A stretch of DNA of 64,000 bases from Lingula anatina (Eukaryota; Animalia; Brachiopoda), in contig CM120642.1 of NCBI GenBank assembly GCA_051362555.1, forward strand, positions 10,478,001 through 10,542,000, read 5' to 3'. The notes under the pieces were generated by a model that had not been told where the DNA came from, ran no database searches, and was given only the letters and a program-made list of their open reading frames with translations. Numbering within the stretch: the stretch's first letter is position 1; every line of letters begins with the position of its first letter. A program made the position numbers and the translations under genes. This document shows, in pieces, positions 1 through 12,200 of this stretch.

Positions 1-422
1 TTTCAGTACATTTTTATCTAAGAAGTGACATATCATATCTGAAAACAGCCAGGATAAAAAGTAGTTCTTTTGATATTATATCCCACAGCCTTGTCAATAG
101 ATGAGGGTTTTTTTTGTTTTGTTTATTTTTTTCATTAAAGAGTCCCTATGTGCACTTGATCTGTATGTCGTAGCATTTTTCTAATGAAGTGCCATCTTAT
201 ATACTTCTTTATTCTTTACACTGTGTATTTACCACATGACCAGTGATACTCTTTTCATGTTGTTTTTAGATGGTTTACATTTCCTGTTATTTTGATATGA
301 TTGCATATGTAATTTTAAAAATGTTAAATACGATATTTTTATATAATCCCAGGTATAGTACATACACATATGGAGCATCAGTGTAAGAAAAAAACCCGAA
401 CTTGTAATTCATTCTATTCCAG

Positions 423-2048
423 ACCTCCTCTGAACCATGTGAGTTACTACCAGATCTCACGTGATGTGGCTCTAGGGATGAACTACCTACACAGACACAA
501 GCCTGTGGTACTGGTGCTGGAGCTCAACACTACACACATCTTGCTGGGGGGAAATGGGAGGGCTAAGGTGTCAGGATTTGGCTTCTCCAAGCTCAAGTGA
601 GAATGTTGAATAGTTTCATTTATTCAGCTATGTTTTAATAAATAAATAAAATTCCATTTGCTATAGAAAAAATAGCTTAGTTAATTTTTCAAGTATGAAT
701 GCTTTAATAGAATTTTCGTGTGTTTTGAGTTGTGCATCAGTTAAAAGCACCTCGAGTTTCAGAAAACCCAGTTGTCCTTTAATCAAGCCTCTGCCATTTC
801 CAGTTGCTGTGTTCATAAGTTACAATGAGTGATCTCTTAAACTCAGTGTGTCTAAAAGTATTATGCGGTAAGTTTAAAAGTTAAAATTCAAGAGCCAAAC
901 AGGGGATGGCAATGCAATCCTGCTGCCACTTTTTGTGCTGAACATTTACCTCATGATTTTCATGTGATGAATAACTTGTGTTCCAGACATGATGCCCAGC
1001 TTGCTGCCTCTTCACCTGCTGCCTGCAACCCTGCCTGGATGGCCCCTGAGTTGCTTAGCAACCATGATGTCACTACCAAAGCAGACGTTTACAGTTATGG
1101 AATTGTACTCTGGGAAATGCTGACAAGGCAGATACCCTATGATGGGCTCTCTATGTATCAGGTATACAGTCATATAACTTAACAACTTGTGGCAATATGA
1201 CCTGGTGGCCCAAAATGCCTGTATTTTTTTCAGAGTATATCTTTGAATCACATAATTGTAAAACAACGAAATATAGAAGTGTATGAAAAATATTTGCTTT
1301 AATTTCTTTTAGATTATTGTTTCATCAAAATCAAGCCAAATAAATTTGCTTATATTTTTTCAAAAAAAAGAACAGTTTTATGTATTCTTATGAATATGAA
1401 TATAAAACCTAAATGCTCACATAAATAATTAATTTTTTTCAATTCAACTTTTTAAGGTTTTAGAACGAGTGAGGTCCAACCAAAGGCCTCCTTTGCCACC
1501 GTCATGTCCTGAGAGTCTGTCTTTGCTGATCTCCAAGTGCTGGCACCAGACACCTGGCAAAAGACCCCATTTTAAGGTAGACTCATAGAGGTGGCAGATG
1601 GGCTGGTTCTTTTATTATTTATTTTTTATGCCAAATTAGAAACGAGTCCGTTACAGAAGTTGAAAAATGTTATTTTCTGCTGTACCTAAATTCTGTCAGG
1701 ACACAGACTGGTAGTTTTCATGCTATTGCTTGTTCCCATATAGATGTACACTTTAATTTAATAATTTAATTCTCATGTTAATTAAGAAAATTGTTGAAAA
1801 AGATGGAATCAAAATCTACTTATTATTCTTGAGTCTACCCCATAAAATTTATAATCTCTATTTATTTTAGATGAGATAGGCATACACTTCTAACAAAGAC
1901 GCAATCCTTAATTCTGTTATTTCATTTGCAGGATATCTTAGATATGTTGGAAGACTTATCTTTCCCACCTGAATGGAAGGCAGTGTTTCAAGTGGCATCA
2001 AATACACATGAACTGCCCCAAGACAGTGTAAGAATACTAACACACTAG
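423..2048 (+). CDS. 3' part of a TKL/MAP3K-like kinase-fold gene, probable pseudokinase (exons 423-596, 987-1161, 1457-1576, 1932-2048; 5' exons lie upstream of the window)
   Basis: Spliced translation: ..[79 protein letters not shown]../[47 protein letters not shown]. Subdomains VIa-XI of TKL kinases; GT-AG junctions are phase-compatible; stop TAG at 2046-2048; AATAAA at 2450. Confidence 0.85.
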
Positions 2049-3275
2049 CAGGTGTACCACACAGGGATACAATTCAGGGGTTCTAAACATTCCAAAGACC
2101 ACGCTGACTTGAATTTAGGCTGATTTGGATTTAAGTCTTTGTCAGCCATTAAGAAGACCTGTACAAAACCATGCAATCCCAAGCCATGTGTACAGTCTCA
2201 ATTTTAGGCTGGGAGTATGATTCGACTTGTTAGTGTTCATGTCAGCTTTGGTGTGAAGAATTTTGCTTCCTGTAGTTTAGACAATGAGGGGACAGTATTC
2301 AGCTAAAAGCACAAAAATGTTTGAAAAGAATTTTTATTGTGGAGTCCTCATTAAATGAAAGCACATGGTAATATATTGCTGTGGATGAAAAAAATTAATG
2401 CTAATTTAAGCTGTTTGGAATATCAATTTCAGTCAGGTCTAGCTAGGACAATAAACAACATTTGGTGTCTAGGTCAGGCCTACAATTTTAGATAAATGTG
2501 CCAAATCACATGCTTAGATATTTCTATTTTTACAACTGTTTTATTAAGTATGCTTTTAGAATATTTCTCTTCAAATCTATTATATTATGCATTCCCTTTG
2601 TTGTTTTTTGTCAAAATGTTTTATATTTATCAGCTTGTTGCACAAAGTGCTGTGGTGGGATGATTGCAAAAAATGCATATTTGTTTTGGGATTCTTTGGA
2701 AGAGTAAAATACATACATAATTTTACTGTGTACATAATATTCAGCACAATGGCAATCAAATTTTAGAGGAGAAAGATTTTTGTACCAGATTTTCCCATAT
2801 TCTTTTAAGTAGAGTTTCAATCTGAAAGGCATGTTTCATCCTCCAGACAGAAGATAACAAAGTTTTAATTTTGTTGTTATCACAGGTTATAAAATAAATT
2901 AACTGTAACTTTTTTGTATGTGTTGTGTTAAAGGGGATTTTTAAAAAATACAACACAAAGGCAATACTTCATTTTAATGCCATATGGAATTGTACATTTC
3001 ACACACATGGTGACCATCATAAAATATACACATGGTGACATCATAAAATAAAGTTTAAAATTTGCATTATACCAATATTTTAAATACCTAGCTAATTTCT
3101 TTACAGACATCAGCCTTAACCCTATGAGGCAAAATGTATACTTATTTAAAAAATGAAGCACATTTTTAAAAAAATTGGCACAGAATATAGGATTTTTTTA
3201 CATGTAAATTATCCAATCAAAAGTAATCAATAACCTATTGGGAATGTTTCCTCAAGTATTGCACCCATATTGTAA

Positions 3276-6200
3276 CTATGATCCACGGACAAAGAAACCA
3301 AGTGTAGCAGCCACTGCTATCCCAATCAGAGTAAAAAGTACCAGAATAAACTGAGGCACACTTGGTAAATTTCTCTCCAAGAAGTTTGGTTGTAGATAAG
3401 GAATGGACTCCACTTCTTCCCCCTTTTTTAATGCATCATTACTTGGCATCTTCCCTTCTGCATTTAGGACCTATTTGTAAATTAATGAAAAATAACAGTA
3501 ACATTATTTTTACGTCAGTTGCCACAAAGCAATAAAATCATTGCCTAATTATTCACATCATAACATGATAACATGTAAAATCTCTCATGGTATTTTATTG
3601 AGCTGACCACTTCACCCAGCAGCTTGATAGGTTTGTATGAGAAGAATTCACTTCTAATTTAATAAAATTGTTGAGTTTTCATAATTGGCATCAAATCTTA
3701 TTTACATGTAGGTTAAGATACTGTAACACAAATTGTACAGCTTCAATGACTGGATCCTCTATTTCTGTCTGTGTCAAGTCTGTGTCAAGTTAGACATGTA
3801 TTTACACTACTGAATAATATACATGTGTAAATAGGAACCAACCTACCTCCAGTGCAGCTCTTTTGGCAGATCTCACTGCCCCCTCCATGTAACCTTGAAA
3901 GGTCAAGGCTGTTTCTGTTCCAGCAAAATGAACTTTGTTGAAGGAATCTCCGTGGAGCCTGAAAAATTAACATGTTTAAGCCTAATAAAAAGGTAAACTG
4001 ACGTAAAAATCTTGTCTGTGGCTTAATGATAACTATGCAGCTCCTATGGATCGAAAAAAAATTTTTTGTGAAAAAAAATCATGCACAAAACGTTTCTCCA
4101 ATCCCTCAGAACTTGTTTCAACATATTTAACATTTATTTAAAAAAAACGTGACATGCATGGAAAAATCACCTTTTGTATTTAGTGAGTACTCCAGGTGGA
4201 AGTGAGTATACACACATCCCTTTAGTCAGCCTCTTCCATTCCTCCTCATGCCAGTCCTTCTCTATGTAGTACACTGGAGAGAGAAACTGCTTCAGACCAA
4301 ACTGTGCTGCGTACTGCTTGCATATCAAGGCTTTTCTTCAAGGGAGATATGCCTAAATCATGTTTTTATCAAGTCTGCTGTGGAAATTAGTTCTTTTAAC
4401 AAACAAGAAAAACTAATTTTAAATTCTAGAACTACACTGTTACTTAGCAGAAGTGATAACTTCATTAAATTGTGTCAAAAATGCACTCTTCTTGTTAATT
4501 TTCTGATTGAATTGAAGTATATTGCAAATATGTTTACTTGATCAAGACTTTTCTTCTAACTTAACATTTCTACAATATTATAATTTTCAAATGCACAAGT
4601 GCAGGTTAGCATACACGTATATATTTACCTTTCTTCAAGATCAAGGTTGGCACATTCATCTGCTTGGAAGCCATCAATAAATCTGAAAATAACCTTGGAC
4701 ACTTGGAACTTTAAACATTCATTACCTGAGCACAGCTGTCTGTTATAAGTGTAAACTTAATATCACATCATCTCAAATCAATTTAAAATGTATGAATCAG
4801 AGTACTATGGCAGTTACCCTAAGACATGCCATCCTGATTGGCACTTTTAATCGGGTGACAGAAATCAGGTAATGTTCTTAAAAAACTATTGCCTTCAATA
4901 TTCTGAAACACGCACGTGCACATAAACACACACACACACACACACACAAAGTGATACTGATACCCTCCATCAAACCGCACCCCTCACCCCATGATACATG
5001 GTGCAGTTCCATCTGGCTTGGTGTCATCTATGGTGTAGGTAACAGGTCCTGACTGAGATATCAGCTGACCGTTCAGATCTGAAAGCGAATGAATAGCTAA
5101 GAGTGGGGGATCCATGGAGAAAGGGACTGAATTTCTAAATGCTTACAATACTACAGCAAAAGGACAGTTAAAGGAGGGCAGAGAAAACAAGTTTGAATAT
5201 TAGTACATATAGTACATGTACAGTGTCTATTCAACTTTGTAATAACATATGCTCAGATAATGAACAGAACTACTAGTATTAATAAAGTTAAAGGAGAAAT
5301 GTTTTTCATTTCTTTGAAATATTTTTCATTTCTCTATGCAAAAAGACTGTCAAATTCACATCAAAATGCAAATAACAGGTAAATAAAATAATACAGGTTG
5401 GCATATGTGTAGGAGTGCTACATGTATTCATGAAGAAGGAAAAGTATGGCAGTAACATCACAAGATATGCTCACCATGGTCTCGCCAAAATGGAGCTGAG
5501 TAGTACATAAATGTCTTGATGGTATGGCTGGACTTGGGAACAATACTTACAACCTGCAAATTAGATATGATTCATGATGTTAAAATATATGTATATTAAA
5601 ACATTTAAACTCACCACGACAGCATTAAAAAAACACTGCTTCATGTACTATAGTAACAAAAATTATAAAAACGTTATAAAAAATGACAATTTGTTTATGC
5701 ATGTGTCAGCTAAATCTCACATACTCACATTTTTAACACCAGAGGGCAGCAGGGGATCAAAATGTATCTTGTCTACAGCAGTTGGAGGGATGGCCAGGAT
5801 AACCCTTCTACACTGATATTTGATATCAAATAATGAACCATCTTATCAAATAATATAATAATACAGTCAAAAATGTCATTTTTATATCTCTCCCCAAAAG
5901 GAAAATCCAACAGATACTTTTTATTAAAATATTGATTAAGTCACACTTGTTATAACCTATGGTGCACTATAATGTGTATTTATTCATAATGCACACATCA
6001 ACATTATCAAGGTGACTGCCTACTTCTATGATGTCTCCCTGCTGGCAGTGTACTTCCACAGCTTCAGATGTCTGTCTGATGGTAATTACTTGCCTCTCCT
6101 TAAGTATCATGTCTAGTGAAGAGATCAAAGACTGGTCATTTCAAGAATGTCTGCCATAATAGTAAGTTACAATTCCTGTATTTACTGTCTAGCATGATGA

Positions 6201-9200
6201 TGTTTTTCAGTAAGTGAAATCAATGCATTTCTTGAATATTGACCATTTTCCAACTCGATTATCTTTTGAAAATGTAAATAAAATGTATATTTTTTAACAT
6301 AATGCCTTATCAAAAGCAATTGTCAAGAAAATTTACCAGTAGTATGAGTTGATAAAGACAACAACAAACAAACAAACAGAAATATATATATGTCACTGTC
6401 ACATAGTGGTGCGTCATGCACATTACGTAATATTATCCAATTAGAATAAAGCGCGGCTGTGTGCTGCAGTTGAGTAATTATTACAACGTGTCGTCTGGTG
6501 TGCGCTCCTCCGCTCGTAACATTACATGGTGTCAGAAGTGGGATGAATGACTTCAAGCCCCCACCAAAGTTTTCTTTTGATGGCGATGTTAGCCAGAATT
6601 GGAGGGAATGGAAACAAATGTTCCAACTTTTTCTGGTAGCCAAAGAAGCAGTGGAGAAAACAGACGCCACAAAAATCGCCATGCTACTCACGTGCATGGG
6701 GCCGGAGGGAGTAAAACGTTTCAACCAGTTTAACTGGAACGAAGCAGGTGATAAAGAGAGTTACGAGGGAGTTTTAGATAAATTTGACACTGAATTGTGC
6801 GGTGAGAAGAGGATCGTTTTTAATAGATTCGGCTTTTGGAACTTAAAGCGAGACTCTATATGCCTTTTGACGATTACCTGGTAAAGGTCAAGGCCATTGC
6901 GGCAAAGTGTGATTTTGCTGAGACCGACAACATGGTAAGGGACAAAATAGTGTTTACACAGGACAAAAGGCTGCAGGAAAGACTCTTAAAGGAGAAAAAT
7001 TTGGACCTCGCGAAAACTATAGACATTTGCCGGGCGGCGGAGATCAAAAAGCATGAAGTTGACTCTATGTCTGGGTTCGCACGTGGTGCCGCAGCTGCAA
7101 CTTCCAGTGTATCCACGATACAGAAGGGTAAGAGACAACCCTCAACGAAGTTTTCTCAGAAGAAAGATAATCGACACACCAAGTTATGCACACGTTGTAA
7201 GAGAATCCATGGTCCAAATCTGCACACAGACTGCCCTGCATGGGGACGGACATGTTACAGGTGTAAAGGTAACAACCACTTCAAAAGTTGTTGTAGAGCT
7301 ACTGTAAATGTCCATGAACTAAGTAATGATGATAACAGTGCAGTTCAACACAGTGATGAGTGTTTTATGGGAACAATAGAGCTGAGTATAGGCAGTGTGT
7401 CCAGGAATGAAGATCAGCGTGCATGGTTTGAAAATGTAAAGGTAGCTGACTCTCATATTAGAATGAAGATAGACACAGGTGCAGAAACCAGCTCAATACC
7501 CCAGAAAATATGGAGAAAGATAGCAGGTAGACCCAAACTAGAACAATCTCATACCATACTTAAAGCGTTTGGTGGTGCAGCGGTAGAGCACATTGGCAGA
7601 GCAAAAGTAGATATGAGCATGTCAAATGGACGTAAAACCATTGGAGAAGTGTTTGTTACAAAACAAAAAACAGTGCCAGTGCTGGGACTGCAAGCTTGCA
7701 TTGCTCTAGGTCTTGTTTCAGTGGAGAAACAAAGGAATCTTGATTCAGTAACTGCTTCAATTTCAAAAGATTCAATAGAAAAGGGATCTTATAAAAGTGC
7801 ATTCACAGGCCTGGGAAAGTTCCCTGGGCAGTATCACATCTCATTGAAGCAGGGTGCCAAGGGTCACATTGCTCCTACACACAGAGTTCCACAGAAGTTG
7901 ATGGCCCCATTGAGAAATAAACTTGAAGAAATGGAGAGACAAGGAGTTATTGAGAAGGTGGACCACCCCACAGATTTCATTAGCAATATTGTCATAACAG
8001 AGAAGAAAGACGGTTCCATAAGGTTGTGCCTCAACCCCCAACATCTCAACAAAGAGATATGCCAACATTCGAATCAGTAGCAGCGCAGATAGGAGGAAGT
8101 AAAGTCTTCACTATCAGCGATCTCAAGGATTCCTACTACCAAGTGGAATTAGATGACTCCAGTTCAGAACTTACTACTTTTTCCACACCTTTTGGACGTT
8201 ATAAATTTAGACGAATGCCATTTGGAATTTCGAGTGCTGCAGATATTTCGCAGAAAAATGTTTACCGTGTCTTTGGTGACATTAGAAATACATACGCTAT
8301 AGCAGATGACATTCTCATAGCAACAGAGACAGTTGAGGAACACGATCAAATCCTGGGAGAAGTGATTAAACGTGCCATGGAGAACAATGTTTGTTTTAAT
8401 GCCAAGAAAACGCAGTTGAAACAAAACAGTGTATCATATTTTGGGATGATCGTTGGAGAACAAGGAATCCGACCAGACCCAGAGAAGATTCGCTCAATTC
8501 TGGAAATGCCAGACGCAACTGATACTGAGGGAGTGAAGCGTTTAACAGGAATGTTGAATTTCCTATCACCTTTTATTCCAAATAAGTCTGCTACCATGAG
8601 TCCAATCAGCAATTTGTTGAAAGCTGGAGTACCTTGGAATTGGGGACCAGAGCAGAAAGCTGCCATGCAACAAATAAAGGATGTACTCTCAGAAGAACCA
8701 GTGCTGAAGTTGTTTGAGCCAGCCAAGCCAGTGACAATACAAGCAGACGCGTCATCTACAGGATTAGGTACATGTCTATTACAAGATGGTCAACCTATTG
8801 CTTATGCCTCGCGTGCATTAACTGATACTGAGACGAGATATGCACAGATCGAGAAGGAACTTTTAGCTATTTTGTATGCAGCAACAAAGTTTCACCATTA
8901 TATTTATGGCAATGAGGTTATGGTGGAGAGTGATCACAAACCTCTAGAGGCAATTATAAGGAAACCACTACACCAGGTGTCTCCTAGAATGCAAATGATG
9001 TTGTTAAAATTGATGAAATACAATCTATGTGTGACATATGTACCAGGTTCAAAGTTGTACATTGCAGACACGCTGTCACGTGCATATGTTGATGACACAT
9101 CTAAGGAGAGCATAGATTCTCAGTTAGAAGAGGGACAGTACAGGATTCATACTGTTACCCAGTATTTGCCAGCATCCACGCACAGGATTCAGGAACTTCG

Positions 9201-12200
9201 AGATGCTACTCAGAGTGACCGCAGCCTCCAGCTGGTCCGTAACCATATTGTGAATGGTTGGCCTCAGCATAAGTCTTCCCTAGCACCAGAAATTCAGGCA
9301 TATTGGAATTTAAGAGGACAAATGCATGTGGAGGAAGGACTGATATATGCTGGAGAGCGACTTATAATTCCTGTTGCCATGAGACAAGAAATGCTTGTTA
9401 GACTTCATGAAGGACATGCCGGCAGTGAAAAGTGCAAAGCACGAGCCTCTGAAATTATGTATTGGCCTAATATCAACAAGGACATAGAGACCAAGATTGC
9501 TGATTGCCCAGTATGTGCCACATATGCGCGTCAGAATCCCAAGGAACCAATGATTCCACATTCTTTGCCAACTCGTCCATGGTCAAAGCTGGGTTCAGAT
9601 ATATTTGAGTTTGCAGGTCATGATTACTTGTTGATAGTTGATTATTATTCAAAGTTTCCTGAAGTTGTCAAGCTGCAAAACAAAACAGCAGCTGGTGTTA
9701 TTGCAGCAATGAAACCAGTGTTTTCAAGGCATGGTATTCCAGATACCTCAGTTAATGATAATATGCCTTACAATAGTGCTACTTTTAAGCAGTTTGCAAA
9801 AGAGTGGGGATTCACTTGTGTTTATACTAGTCCCACTTATGCTCAGTCTAATGGTCAAAGTGAGCGATTTGTGCAGTCAATTAAAGGAATGCTTAAGAAA
9901 GCACAAGCAGAGGGTAAAGATCCTCACATAGCTTTGTTAGAATACAGAAATACACCTTTAGCTGGTATAGGTTCATCACCAGCTCAATTGTTAATGAGTA
10001 GGAGGTTAAAAGATAAATTGCCTACTACAAATAATTTGCTGCGACCAAAGGTGGTAAATGATGCACAGTCAAAGCTGCGCAAGCGTCAGCAAAAGCAGAA
10101 ATTCTATTATGATAGAAATGCTAAATATCACCAGTCATTTAATGTGGGTGATAGTGTTCGTGTGAATTTAGGACAAAATTGGGAACATGCCAGAGTGACG
10201 GATATTCATAATACGCCGAGGTCATATGAGGTGACTACTCCGGATGGACATTCATATCGTAGAAACCAACGCATGATAAACAAGTCTCCTGACTCGGTGC
10301 CTGAGTCGCATGTTATGGACACTGAACCATCAGGTACTAGTATGAGTAAAACAGTGCACCAGAACAATGAAACTGGAAAACAAATTGCTCAGCCACAAAT
10401 GTGTAGGCGTAGTACTCGGGAGAGACATCCACCTAAGTGGCAAGCAGATTATGAAATGAAATGACTGCATGTTTATTTGTTGTTATATTAAAAAAAAAAA
10501 AAAAAACACTTGTTGATTGTACACAGTGCCTGTAACGCATTTAAATGTGTGTTTGTAAGAAAACACTGTTGAAAAGTACTGCATTGACTTTATGCACTCA
10601 GGAAGATCAACATTGACTGTTTAGGGACGTTGTGTTTAATGTAATTGCACTTATTATAAAATGCATTTTGCTGATCAGAGACAATCATAACAGAACTTTT
10701 ACTCTTTATTTGTATTTTATTACTTTAACTAAGGTAGTAATACAATGTTTAAGATAAGCATGTGTATCACATTTTGTAGCTAGACATATAAGTAATTGTT
10801 AAGTGATTGTCTGTATGTTAATTAGTTTTTCCTTTAAAAGGGGGGGGATGTCACATAGTGGTGCGTCATGCACATTATGTAATATCACTCCTTTAATAAT
10901 CCAACTTTGATACTACCACATGTAGTCACACCATGTACTTACTATTTAGCTTGGCAGTTAGTTTCTCACAAATCAGACCTGATCCTCCAACAAACTTCAT
11001 TTCCTGAAACCAATGCAGTTTGTCAGGTGAATATACATGTATAAGTCTAACCTGTTCAACCAATAAAGATACTTTTTTATCTAAGACTGCCCAGCAGACA
11101 AACGACATTGATTCACCCTTGAATCAACGTTAATTTTGGTGGATCAACGTTGAATCAATGTAGAATCAATGGTGTTTGCCTGCTGGGTGGGTTCCCACAC
11201 ATTTAGATCGATCCATCTGGATCAACCTAACTCCCTGGGGGTTCACCCTAAATTGCTGTCAGCCAAGCATGCACAAAAGTTAATTACCCCCTTACAGCTT
11301 TTAGTAGGTGGGACAGACATTTAAACCAGCTAATCTGACAGCAATCTACTGAGACTCCCCACGAGGATAGATCGATCTAAAATCTGTGGGAATGCAGTCT
11401 AAGACCCCATTCTCACACACACCATTGGTCTACATTAATCAACCCAACTCTGTGTGGACTCTTGCTAAGTGCAATCAGAATGACACGCCTCCTCTTGTTT
11501 CCAACATACTCTTATAGCTTTTCTATATTCTACTTAATGCATGGAGGAGGCATGTTATTCAGTTAAGCTGATTGCAGTCAGTGAGAGTTCCCACAGAGTT
11601 GGGTCAGTAGACTGATGGTGTGTATGGGAATGAGGCCTAAAAAGAAAAAAAAATTAATAATCATATAAACTACTAAAACACTAAAGCATTCTCTCCAATG
11701 TTAATGACTAAAGACTGCCTTATAAATTGCATCATCTCTTTCAACAGCTCAAACAAAAATGTAAATATGTCTCAAATCCAAAAGATGAATTGTCAAATAA
11801 ACATCATTTGCTCAATCAAAACTGTGAACATTTCTCTCAAGTGAAAAGTGAAAGAGCTAAAAGCTAAAACATCAACCCCCAAACCTGAGCGCCATCTTTA
11901 GTGCTGGTCAGATGCACCAACCCTCCACACATGTGGATGGTGTGGAGAAAGAACAGCATTGAAATGTCTCCTGGTTCTGTGATATATATACTTTTTGCTG
12001 CAATCTCTCCAAGCAGTTTGGTGAATCTACACACAACCATGATAAATAAAAATCACAAGTGAGTGATGCAATCAATAAATAAACAAAAAGATGAACAAAA
12101 CAATCAACAAGGGAATGTACAAAAAAATATCAACTGAACCTACACAATTACAAAGCAAATAAAAGCAATTAAAATAGTGGCTTTTCTTTATCATATATTA

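Larger units (their letters stand above)
6397..10885 (+). mobile_element. Ty3/Gypsy LTR retrotransposon (Mag-like), decayed, antisense in MAO intron 7
   Basis: 5' LTR TG..CA 6397-6526 with an internal AATAAA; PBS TGGTGTCAGAAGTGGGAT 6527-6544; gag-pro-RT-RH-IN domain order; polypurine tract AAAAGGGGGGGGA directly before a truncated 3' LTR at 10849-10885. Confidence 0.95.

Noticed and set aside
6323-9931. Several antisense or alternate-frame ORFs over the retroelement
   Set aside because: Shadow ORFs of gag-pol with no independent motifs.
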